Origin: Octopus bimaculoides
Taxonomy: Eukaryota
NCBI RefSeq assembly: GCF_001194135.2
Contig: NC_068981.1
Location: 44,140,840-44,204,839 of the forward strand
Direction: 5' to 3'
Length of the DNA: 64,000 nucleotides
Under the pieces are notes generated by a model. The model saw only the letters and a program-made list of their open reading frames with translations, did not search any database and was not told the origin of the DNA. A program made the translations under genes and the position numbers. Shown here piece by piece: positions 52,369 through 64,000 of this stretch (position 1 is the stretch's first letter; every line of letters starts with the position of its first letter).

Positions 52369-54179
52369 CTGCAAAGAGTAGAATTTTTCCATTGCAAGGT
52401 ATTGATGAACGATTCTGGCCTTAAGAAAAACAGAATGTTACTTTTATTATATAGGAGAGACAAAAGAAGCTAACGTTGCAAAATGAAAATAAATGCAAGG
52501 ACAATGTTGACAGAAATATGTCAATGAGAATGTATAATGGTACATGCGTACACGACCATACATATATATATATATATATATATATACATACATATATACA
52601 TACATACAGGAATATATATATATGTGTGTGAGTGTGTGTGTGTGTGTATGTGTGTGTGTGTGTGTGTATGCGTGTTTGTGCATGTATACGTATATACATA
52701 GACGCAGCCACACGCACGCGTGTACACACACAAACACACAACACGCACACACATATACGAGCATATATGTGTATACATATTTATAAGTATGTAAATGTGA
52801 AAAGTCTAAATATTCGGCTAACCAATTTTATGAATGTAAACACAGTTTTTTTATTAAACAAATATTTAACATCGCTCCCAATGGAAAAAAAAAAAATTGT
52901 AAATTTATGTACATCGCTGTGTGAATGAGTCTATAATCACTTCTGCCACACATTCTCATATATACATATATTTACATATATAGTCAAATGTATATATTTA
53001 TTATATAAGTATACGCACACAAGCACGCACGCACTCACACACACACTCACAGACAGACAGACACACAGACACACTCACACACATCAACAGTCAAACGTCA
53101 TTGGAAAGTTCACTCAATTATTTTACATAGGAACCGTAAGAGTTGACAGTAACTTCAAAGTTTCAGATCGGTTCCATTTAAGAGTAAAATAACTAAGCCA
53201 AGACTGAGAGGTCACTGCCAGCTATTTCTTTGTATGCATATACTTCCATGTTACGTTTATATATATTTACATCCTTTCTTACTTATCCTTTCTTACTTAT
53301 TCATATCAATTTCAGTTAGAATGCTTGCATTAATGTACTTAAATAAATGGAAGAGATCTCTTGTCATATACATCTGGTTGTTATTTTGGAATATTGGTAC
53401 TGATGATTAATTCATCTTGCATATTATAATTGCACCACTCAAACGCAACCATTATACACATACATTCATGCACTTGCAGATAATATNNNNNNNNNNNNNN
53501 NNNNNNNNNNNNNNNNNNNNNNNNNNNNNNNNNNNNNNNNNNNNNNNNNNNNNNNNNNNNNNNNNNNNNNNNNNNNNNNNNNNNNNNNNNNNNNNNNNNN
53601 NNNNNNNNNNNNNNNNNNNNNNNNNNNNNNNNNNNNNNNNNNNNNNNNNNNNNNNNNNNNNNNNNNNNNNNNNNNNNNNNNNNNNNNNNNNNNNNNNNNN
53701 NNNNNNNNNNNNNNNNNNNNNNNNNNNNNNNNNNNNNNNNNNNNNNNNNNNNNNNNNNNNNNNNNNNNNNNNNNNNNNNNNNNNNNNNNNNNNNNNNNNN
53801 NNNNNNNNNNNNNNNNNNNNNNNNNNNNNNNNNNNNNNNNNNNNNNNNNNNNNNNNNNNNNNNNNNNNNNNNNNNNNNNNNNNNNNNNNNNNNNNNNNNN
53901 NNNNNNNNNNNNNNNNNNNNNNNNNNNNNNNNNNNNNNNNNNNNNNNNNNNNNNNNNNNNNNNNNNNNNNNNNNNNNNNNNNNNNNNNNNNNNNNNNNNN
54001 NNNNNNNNNNNNNNNNNNNNNNNNNNNNNNNNNNNNNNNNNNNNNNNNNNNNNNTTCCAATTGTAGTCGTTGACTTGGAAAAATAACAACTCGTAGTTTA
54101 CTTCATAGCACTAATCTATTCTTCATTCTGAACCAAAATATTTAATTATTACATTACTTTGTCTTATATGTCAATATTA

Positions 54180-54228
<49 letters not shown>

Positions 54229-54425
54229 CGCGCGCGCACACACACACTCAATCACATACTCACACACACAATGTATCCTTGAAATAATATTCCCAAATTT
54301 CATTAGTACACTATGTTTATCAATACGCTTGACGTTGAAATCAATGTCAATTCAACTATCGACATTTTATGACATTACAGTGATACTTCCATCCTCTTCC
54401 ACAATCTCACCGTCAGTGCACTTAC

Positions 54426-54459
54426 AACAATTGAAATTACAACCATTACATACGGCATG
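54426..54459 (-). CDS. Candidate first coding exon: MPYVMVVISIV (signal-peptide-like)
   Basis: Acceptor ctattacttttag, ATG at 54458-54456, donor gtaagt, exit phase 0. Confidence 0.35.
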
Positions 54460-55379
54460 CTAAAAGTAATAGCTACACCTCTATGAAACTACCTTGTGTT
54501 AGTACTATGCATTAGAGGAAAAAATTAAGACAACGTATTGATTGTTGTAAGGCTTTTGACGAGAAGATACCTCAGTAGGGGTTGAAACGAGGCTATACAA
54601 AACAAAATACTCTCTATAATAACTTGTACAACTACGAGCAAAATATTAGAATGGCTACCTGTAATAGCGCGTGTATCACCACGAAGATAATCAGAGTCAA
54701 AATTGCTGTGTCAGCGTTTACTAGCAAAACTGGGATTTTATGATCAAGCCATGAAATTAGCAACATGAAAAACTAGAGGACGAAAGAAAAGGACAGAAAC
54801 TATAAAAAAATGAAATATCATTTTCAGGTAAATTTAATAACATATTGCGCTGTTGAAGTAAAAAAAAAATGGTTAATTTGTATCTAGTACTAATTTGACT
54901 TGTGTCTTTTTATTATAATATCTCTTTGAAATATTTATGTGCGAAATGAAATATCCTTTTGTTTACTATGTGTAGTTGGTTGTTTGATTAGTTCCGAAGA
55001 AGATGCTCTTCTACAAGACATCATCTTTCATACAAATATTTTTTTTAATATATTACTCATAATTACCTATATGAAGCGGAATGGTCACAAAACATCTGTT
55101 ACAGGTATTTAACTTCCTTTGTATTGATTTTTATAAAACATTCTCTGTTTGTCTGTCAGTCTGTCTGTGTATATATATATATACATGAGCATGTATACAT
55201 ATATTTATATTTGGGAATGTATGAATTAATCTAATTTAGAACAAGAAACTGAATATGAAATGTTTCTAGGCATGTGTAACCACAGACGGTCTAAATACAA
55301 TGCTTAAAGCATTGATAGCTTTTGTTATAGGCCATTGGTAATATATAATACGCATACTAGAATTTTTTTATATATGGTA

Positions 55380-56300
55380 TAACACTTATGGATAGTAAAA
55401 TAGGAATGGAGATGCTGGAATTTGGCGCGGTATGCCTGCTGGTGAAACTGAAAAAGTACGATCTTTGAAACGGTGTGATGAATCAGTGTGTCTGCAGTTT
55501 AGAGGCCATTGTATGTTAGCAGGTGATTCCTTTCCAATTAGTGGCTAGGATTTGTATTTGATGTAGCCTGTTATGATTTTGTGTTTGAGTTTATCAGTCA
55601 AGCTATCTGAGATATAAAACCAATATTCTATTTGAAGGTCTCACCTAAGCTGTTATTCGAGTCTGAAGTATTTTCTGTGCGTAAAGAGGAAAATTAGTTT
55701 TGGCGCACAGCCATTTCTATGCAATGCATTCAATGAATTTGAGAAATACCAGTAATGGCCGATCTATTTTTCGATTTAAATCGTCAATCAACTCTAGCAA
55801 GTGACTGGCACAAGCAGAGGTGTAGCTGAATTCCACATCGTAATAACAACATCACCACTGTGACCAAAATCATCAATCACCCTTTTGTAAGCAATAATTG
55901 CAATACATGTGAGATCACGAGGAAAGATCATTACTGATTGTAAGGCATGTAGATAGCTGATAGTCACTATATATTGCCTATTCCAGTTTGACGTTATATT
56001 TCAATACCGAAAATCAAGCTATTACTTGTGCTTTGATTGAAACTTAACTGCGAGTTTAATGCTTTCCCTCGTTTTATGTTGGCATTCCTGAAATCGTTTA
56101 TGCTGTTATTTTCAATGAAGATTTTTCCTCACGATTATAGTTATCACTTCATAAACAATTTAACTGAGTTTAAATTAAAAGAAAATGGTAGAAAAATAGA
56201 TGACATCGTACTGATCATTGATAGTTTCCCTTGTAACAGCAATAACGCCTACTTTATTGAAATATTTGATATCTTTGATTAGAGTAACTGAGCATCCTGT
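55380..56300 (-). mobile_element. Possible very old CR1/L2-type RT remnant
   Basis: Motifs in order: DQYDVIYFS (cf. VD.IY.DF), TISGMP (cf. SGVPQG), IYSD (cf. YADD), HKIITG. Heavily decayed. Confidence 0.35.
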
Positions 56301-57329
56301 ATATTTTCCAACATTTCATGCCGACATGAATGGTGCGTTAATATCGCTTTTCCTTGAGTGTCTTTTGATAATAAATACGTGAAGTTCCTTATGTTTGTCT
56401 AACAGAGCATTCACCTCTTAAATACATATCCTTCTCATATTCTTGCATGAAAACATATAGTTTAGACATATGCGACCTAACATTGGAAATAAGTAGACCT
56501 AGAAAGGCTAAAATATATTATTAACACGTACAGGTTGAGAGAAAACTAAACTCTGTTTCGGAGTGTGATTGTGGAAATAAAAATAATCTGCATATCGTGT
56601 ATATTCAATGCACCGCAATAACAAATTAGTATTATTTTAACTGCAATATACCAATAGTATTGAAAATTGGGATTATTGATTTAATTTTGTGATACTAGAA
56701 AGAATAACATGCTCACTAGAACGAGCATATTTTATTTATTTATTGTTGTTCCACGAAAAGATGATAATAAATATAGGATTTGCCAACTGATACATTCAAC
56801 TAATTCTGATTGTTCGCAATGATGACGGTGACAATAAGGATTATGATGACGTACAAAATGATACTGAGCTTAAAATTGGTGGTCGGTGGTGTAGTAGTGT
56901 TGATGATATTAGTGATAGTGTTAGGAAATTTTTGATAAGGAGTAAACAGATATCTATCGAATCAAATCATGTCATTCATCCATTTTGTCATTGATATAAT
57001 CTTTACAACTAATGCAGTAGATTCATGTTCATTAATGTATATTTATATCTTTTCCATTTGATCAAAGAGTTTCTGAGAATATACAATAAAGAGGAAATGG
57101 AATAAGTACAAGTGTACTCACTCGTGCTACTTCATAGCAATTATCACTCTACAATGTGTTCACACTGTGGTCTATTTTGATATGATTGTCACAACTACAC
57201 AAGCGTATTTTCGTTGTGTGTCGCCTACATATTTTGATTTTTTACTTGAGTAAATTGTGGGAGTTGATTATAATGAGAGTGCTTTGTTCAGATTACTATT
57301 ATGAAATATGTTTGTAGTCATGCTACGAT

Positions 57330-57348
57330 ATGTATGTATGTATGTATG

Positions 57349-57382
<34 letters not shown>

Positions 57383-57396
57383 TGTATGTATGTATC

Positions 57397-57458
<62 letters not shown>
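57330..57458 (+). repeat. (TATG)n(TATC)n compound tetranucleotide microsatellite
   Basis: Directly visible; similar (TATC)n tracts at ~62527-62617 and ~63912-63992. Confidence 0.95.
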
Positions 57459-57459
<1 letters not shown>

Positions 57460-59509
57460 ATAATTGAAATATATGTGATATATGTACTTCAAAACGATAT
57501 AATTTGTTAATATTTATTGATGATTTATGAGCAGCCAAACGGAAACAATGTTATTTGTGCAAAATAAATTTTGCACCGAAGCTATACAATAAGATGAATG
57601 TTATTAATTTTTGAACTTTGCATGACCCATGGAAACAACAGGGTATCCTCCAAGTATTTATTTTAAATCCATAGAATTAACCACGTCTCTTCCAAATTAC
57701 AATTCTATCGTCTTGAAACACAAGGAACACATTGAACAAATAATCCTAAACACACAACGCCAGTGGAAGAGGCTGACAGAGACAATTATATGCCATGGAA
57801 ACGCCAACGAGCGCGAGTCTGTTCTGTCAGAGTCAGTGTAAGATTAACGAGTAGCTACATCTATTTTAAATATATTGATTTCTATAGTTAAAGCTTTTTT
57901 CTGTTTTGTAATGTCTTACCACATTTAGTTTCACCTGTTGAGATCCCGGATTCAGATCGCACCCTAGATCGTATTAACTTCCTTCAATTTGCCAATAAAA
58001 TGTAATCATAATTTAGCACAAAAGACGACTGAGGTATCTGAGATGATTAAAAATATCATCCTTTATTTTTAATTTGAGCAATTGATTTTTACGATAAATT
58101 TAATTCAGGAGGGTGGAATAAAATTAGGATAATTACTTAATAATCCTGAGAGAGATGAACTGCAAATTACACATTAATGGGATGCGAAATAAAAGTTTTA
58201 TGAATAACTGGATAGCTTTCTAACTGATAATAGGATTTTTAATTCGACTATACCCAAATGGCCAAACATGCATCATGAAACACTATTGATTGCGATAACA
58301 GAAAAAACGCCCAGGTGTGATCACTAGGTGTGACCGTTTCTATAACACGCAAAGTGGCACTTGTGTCATCCCTGTTGGGACTAGCATATGGCTAAGGAAT
58401 GACAATATCTTCAGAAAGAGGTAAACGGAAACTGATGAGCATGATTCCGAGGAATTATTAAATAACTGCGAGTTGTTATGTGGCTTCAAACAGTGTCATA
58501 GCAACGGGAATTTGAAAAGAAATACGGGAGATATTGATATAGCGATCATTTTAGTGCGTATGTTAGTAATGTCACTGAAGAAGAGAAGAGTGTTGAAGAG
58601 AATATATTTTAAATAATCACACATGTACTAGTTTTAGAGAAACGTTCGAATTTAGGGTAGAGATTGCACAACTGATGTGAATTAGAGATGAGCTAGAAGA
58701 GATGATAGGTGTGTGTATGTGTATGTGTGTGTAAGTGGGAGAGAAGGGGAGAGAGAAGGGGAGAGAGAAGAGGAGAGAGATGGAGAGAGAGGGAGAGAGG
58801 GAGAAAGAGAGCGATCGTCTGGCTGCGTGTCTTCCCTCTCGACATTTTTGCTGGTCAAAGGTCGCCGTCTATAATTTCCTCCGCAAGTTGACTACCATCA
58901 CGATCCAGTCTTCTTCGAGTAGAAAGCCAGTCTTCCTTTATAGCTTTGTAAATTGGATTAAAATGATCATTCGCTCGTTTTATTTTTGTGCTCTTATCTA
59001 AATTTTATTTTCTACCGTTTTGGTCTTTGGTCTCAGAGAATTAATTGTTTTAGACACCGGGCATAAATAAAGCACTATAGTCTTCACAGAAATTGTTCGA
59101 AATCATAACTTTGCTAATTTAGTGTCTGATAAATGGTTCGTTTATATTCAGTTGTATTGTATATCTGTCTATTTTCTCCATTCTCCCACTTCCCTTTATG
59201 TGTCCTCTGATCCTTAAACATTCTATTTTCAGTGTTTTTCTTCGTGCATCATTGAATTTCAAATTTGTTATTGCTTTTTCCTGCATATTTGACAGAGTTC
59301 ATGTCTAATTACCCCTTCCTTTCTATACTTCAGGTAGTTAACAGCTTTTCGCCTACGTACAAACACACAAATACACACGCAGGTATGTGTGACAATCTAC
59401 TCAAGCACTGTACGGCAGGTAAAACTGTTATCATTTCGAATGTCAGACAGGAAGCATCATATAAAACTACTACTCATAATCTGTTCAGTGCATTGAAACA
59501 TAATTAATT

Positions 59510-59900
59510 AAAACAAGTCTGGTGCTTTGAATTTATTCGAGGAAGCAGTTAAAAGGCTTCTGTACAATTCTACACCGACACTGCAAGCTGTCACTCTAAA
59601 CACAATCGTTGTTGAGCTGTTTCCAAATCATACTGATATTGGATGTTGTAGACTGAGTAGCCATAATTGTAAATATGATGTGATTCAAACGCAACCACTG
59701 CACCTACAATAACTTATACTTAATCTACAATCGTTAGCATTTTGTTGGTAGTAAATATCCATAGAGGACGGGTGCTTGGCAGCGGACTTGAAATTGCTTA
59801 AATAGGAGAAGACAATATCGATTACCCAGTTCCTGCCTATCACCTTTCTTAATATAAAGGCCAACTCGGTTGGTGAGTAATGCTGAGACGTATAAGTACG
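59510..59900 (-). mobile_element. Possible CR1/L2 RT N-terminal fragment
   Basis: LYIKKGDRQELGNRYCLL resembles the PI.KKGD....NYRPISLL RT motif; downstream sequence is decayed. Confidence 0.4.
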
Positions 59901-59999
59901 ATCTTCTGTCGATAGCTGCTAACGTGAATGTCACTCGAAGCAAAAATTATATAATATAAATCTTGAAATATATATAAATACAATGAATTTGGATGTATA

Positions 60000-60899
60000 T
60001 AGTGCTCTGATCAATAAGTATCCGCGCTGTTGCCTTAGTATCGAAGCTAAAACACGCAGAGTAAAGCCGCTTAGTACAGATTGAACATGAACTCTACTGT
60101 GCATCCGCACTAAGCCTTGGCATTCTAGCTTACGTCCGCTGTTTATAACAGTACTTGAAAGGAAGGTGTGTAGCGTGTGATCCTCGCATTGATCATGCCA
60201 GAGAAAGTTGAGCAGGGAAACCACATCAAATTTTGTCAAAAGCTTGGCGATTCCTGCTCAAAGGCCTATGCAATGTTTTCAAAACGTTTTTATTGTTCTT
60301 GACACAACCAAGGAAAACTTGTAGATGTGCAACCCGAATGTCTGTTTGGTCAGTTGAAAGCTGTTTGCGCACAAACTTGTCAGACACGCGTCTCATACCC
60401 AAATCTTCAGTGAATACAGACTAAACTGAACTGAACCGTAACTAATCTGCACATCCTTTGATAACTCAGGGATAGTGATTCGACGATTTCCTCTTACAGC
60501 TGTATGCACATCTGTGATGTTTTTCTCAGTTCTGCTGGTTCCTGGTCTCCCAAAAGGTTCGTCAATATCGATATTTTTACGGCCATACTGGAAACGTCTG
60601 AAGCACTCGTACACTTGTGTGCAGTAGCTCATACACTCCTCTCCATACGTTTTCTGCAACTTTGCGTAGGCCTCTGAGTAGGTGTCACTATGAAAATCTC
60701 TGTCATTGTCAATGCGACGATCACACACCAAAGGCCTTTCTTCCAAACACTGCTGTAAACAGACGTGGGCTAGAACGTTAAAATTTAGAGCGCGTGCACA
60801 ACAGGGTCTAGAGAAAATCTTTGCCAAGCGGCTTTACTTTATGGGCTTAATCTCCGTTACTATGGCAACAATCCGGATACTTATTGATCAGAATAAGTA
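60000..60899. mobile_element. Non-autonomous mariner derivative made of two inverted 5' ends
   Basis: TIR tctgatcaataagtatccg..tgttgcc.tagta at both ends. Plus arm encodes MPEKVEQGNHIKFCQKLGD; minus arm encodes SEAYAKLQKTYGEECMS..QVYE.FRRFQ.GR..GRP.TSRTEKNI..RRITI.ELS..DLGMRRVS.KFV. No DDD catalytic region. Confidence 0.85.
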
Positions 60900-61265
60900 T
60901 GCGTCCGTAAATATATGTTTTCATATGTTTATATGTATATAAGCATACATACATAGATAGAAAAACAGGCGCACGCACACGCTCACACACTCACACACTC
61001 ACACACACATACACATATTTGTATTCTTTAGACATACAGCAGGAATTGGTATAGTGAGAAGAATTATACATAAATTAACTTTTCTAAATTGCATTCCAAT
61101 TTATATTTAATGCGTTCTGTGCTTTAAGATGATGTGCACAAATTAACTTACGTAGAAAAGGCGAACATTGATATTGTATCATACCATTAACAATAGGGAA
61201 AATTTAAGTTGAACAAACAATATATATATGTTTATAAGTTTATATGCGTGCATATATATATACAA

Positions 61266-61303
<38 letters not shown>

Positions 61304-61756
61304 NNNNNNNNNNNNNNNNNNNNNNNNNNNNNNNNNNNNNNNNNNNNNNNNNNNNNNNNNNNNNNNNNNNNNNNNNNNNNNNNNNNNNNNNNNNNNNNNN
61401 NNNNNNNNNNNNNNNNNNNNNNNNNNNNNNNNNNNNNNNNNNNNNNNNNNNNNNNNNNNNNNNNNNNNNNNNNNNNNNNNNNNNNNNNNNNNNNNNNNNN
61501 NNNNNNNNNNNNNNNNNNNNNNNNNNNNNNNNNNNNNNNNNNNNNNNNNNNNNNNNNNNNNNNNNNNNNNNNNNNNNNNNNNNNNNNNNNNNNNNNNNNN
61601 NNNNNNNNNNNNNNNNNNNNNNNNNNNNNNNNNNNNNNNNNNNNNNNNNNNNNNNNNNNNNNNNNNNNNNNNNNNNNNNNNNNNNNNNNNNNNNNNNNNN
61701 NNNNNNNNNNNNNNNNNNNNNNNNNNNNNNNNNNNNNNNNNNNNNNNNNNNNNNNN

Positions 61757-61788
<32 letters not shown>

Positions 61789-61994
61789 TGCGGATACAGG
61801 TGTATGACCGTGAGAACAGATACGTGTCTATTCATAAATCTATAGCTGCCAACACATGTATTCATAATAAGAATAACATAACTATAATTATATTGTTTAT
61901 TTGAAGATGGATGTATTACGTGAGAATGATATCTGAAATATAAACACAGGTCTTTGCGTGTATTTATCCTTCCGTGTATCGAGTGTTAGCGCGT

Positions 61995-62028
<34 letters not shown>

Positions 62029-63367
62029 TCGCGCGTCTGTGTGTAACTACAGAATGTTTTTTTTCTTTTAAATGTACGAATATACTTCCAAACACGATTG
62101 CTTGGACGTACTGTGTTATCAGTATTTTTAACTATTTCATACCATCTCTATATTTAATACGAATGAATTTGCTGTCCGCTACGTACAACCTGTAAACCAC
62201 CGTCAACATCCCTATCTTTAACAAAACCTTCATTAGTGCCTCCAAATATGCGAAAACTGAGCAAATAGCGACGAAAATCAATACCACCGACTCCGTAAAA
62301 ACTTCCATCATAATCGCATATACGATTATAATAAGTACATTTCGCCGTCCGTTTCACCTCTTCCTTTTCAATATCAGCATCATCGTAATCAGTGTGATGA
62401 TTATTACTTTGTTTACTTTTATAATTCTGTTTTATAATTGTTTCTTTTGTTTCTTTTTATAATTCAGTTATCGTACAATAGAACTGCACGCATAGATACA
62501 ATGTTGCATATTATACAGATATGTATGTGTCTATCTATCTATCTATCTATCTACCTATCTATCTATCTATCTATCTACCTATCTATATCTATCTATCTAT
62601 CTATCTATCTATCTACCAATATATGTATTTATGAATGCACATGTATATGTGTTTGTGTATTTACATATATACACACGCACATACATATGCATTCGTAAAT
62701 ATGTATATATAAACATACATCCATACATGCATATATATAAATATATATATATANNNNNNNNNNNNNNNNNNNNNNNNNNNNNNNNNNNNNNNNNNNNNNN
62801 NNNNNNNNNNNNNNNNNNNNNNNNNNNNNNNNNNNNNNNNNNNNNNNNNNNNNNNNNNNNNNNNNNNNNNNNNNNNNNNNNNNNNNNNNNNNNNNNNNNN
62901 NNNNNNNNNNNNNNNNNNNNNNNNNNNNNNNNNNNNNNNNNNNNNNNNNNNNNNNNNNNNNNNNNNNNNNNNNNNNNNNNNNNNNNNNNNNNNNNNNNNN
63001 NNNNNNNNNNNNNNNNNNNNNNNNNNNNNNNNNNNNNNNNNNNNNNNNNNNNNNNNNNNNNNNNNNNNNNNNNNNNNNNNNNNNNNNNNNNNNNNNNNNN
63101 NNNNNNNNNNNNNNNNNNNNNNNNNNNNNNNNNNNNNNNNNNNNNNNNNNNNNNNNNNNNNNNNNNNNNNNNNNNNNNNNNNNNNNNNNNNNNNNNNNNN
63201 NNNNNNNNNNNNNNNNNNNNNNNNNNNNNNNNNNNNNNNNNNNNNNNNNNNNNNNNNNNNNNNNNNNNNNNNNNNNNNNNNNNNNNNNNNNNNNNNNNNN
63301 NNNNNNNNNNNNNNNNNNNNNNNNNNNNNNNNNNNNNNNNNNNNNNNNNNNNNNNNNNNNNNNNNNN

Positions 63368-63403
<36 letters not shown>

Positions 63404-63910
63404 TACATATATGTATGTATTATGAGTGTGTGTATATGTGTGTGTGCATTTATCTATGTATGCACTAGAAATTATTTGCTCAGGCTATTTCGTTGCTTTG
63501 CGCTTTCTATTGTGTTTCATCAGTTTCTTTATTATCATTGTTACCTCCCTTTGAGTTTTTCTCTTCTATTTCATATATGATTATCTCTAATTAGCTCTAA
63601 TCCGCTAACATCGTCATTGCCCCTTTTTCCACTGGCGTATCTTGCACTCCTTGTTTTATTGCTATAACATTTGTTCTTGCTATGCCTGCTTATTTCCCTT
63701 ATACTCTAATTTATTTCCTACAAGTCTTTTAAAATATCTTGTACGATCCTATATGTGTGCATATATGTTCGCAGAGATAGAAGTATACACACAGATACAC
63801 AAACATCCGCACCCCGCGACACATGTTTCAGTTAGTATGTATTAGTATATCCATCAAGTCATGTATATATTATGTGTGAATATACATATTTTTCTACGTT
63901 TTTATTTGCA

Positions 63911-63991
<81 letters not shown>

Positions 63992-64000
63992 CTTCTCACG

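Noticed and set aside
57627-57802. Two ccatggaaac motifs as RFX X-boxes upstream of the gene
   Set aside because: Both lack the GTT half of the X-box palindrome, and the transcription start is unknown.
58140-58560. AP-endonuclease remnant of a LINE
   Set aside because: Only faint motif echoes (NGMRNK, RCDR, GDID); too degraded to support.
58790-59000. Short frame NDHFNPIYKAIKEDWLSTRRRLDRDGSQLAEEIIDGDL*
   Set aside because: No acceptor (purine-rich upstream), no start, and no recognisable family.

Overview
AT-rich, microsatellite-dense, gap-containing eukaryotic genomic DNA. The SINE and LINE repertoire looks like a coleoid cephalopod (Octopus-like); this is my recognition, not a database result. 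Almost all ORFs in the supplied track are artefacts of N-gaps or dinucleotide and trinucleotide repeats. Reading splice signals by hand shows a multi-exon gene on the minus strand, spanning about 54.5 kb to 11.75 kb. It is built largely from very short exons (13-94 nt) whose phases chain into one open frame of roughly 370 aa, ending in a GPI-anchor-like or hydrophobic C-terminus. The 3' exons (11750-19670) are well supported, the middle and 5' exons less so, and I cannot name the protein. Introns and flanks contain: tRNA-derived SINEs (several with clear TSDs); RTE LINE remnants; a 6.8-kb same-orientation stack of R4/Dong-type (RLE) LINE fragments separated by (AAT)n; Penelope-like remnants (one with inverted termini); a full-length degenerate DD37D (maT-type) Tc1/mariner; a mariner derivative made of two 5' ends; MITEs and hairpins; a ~1-kb inverted duplication; and a local triplication. 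No rRNA, genuine tRNA or CRISPR array is supported.
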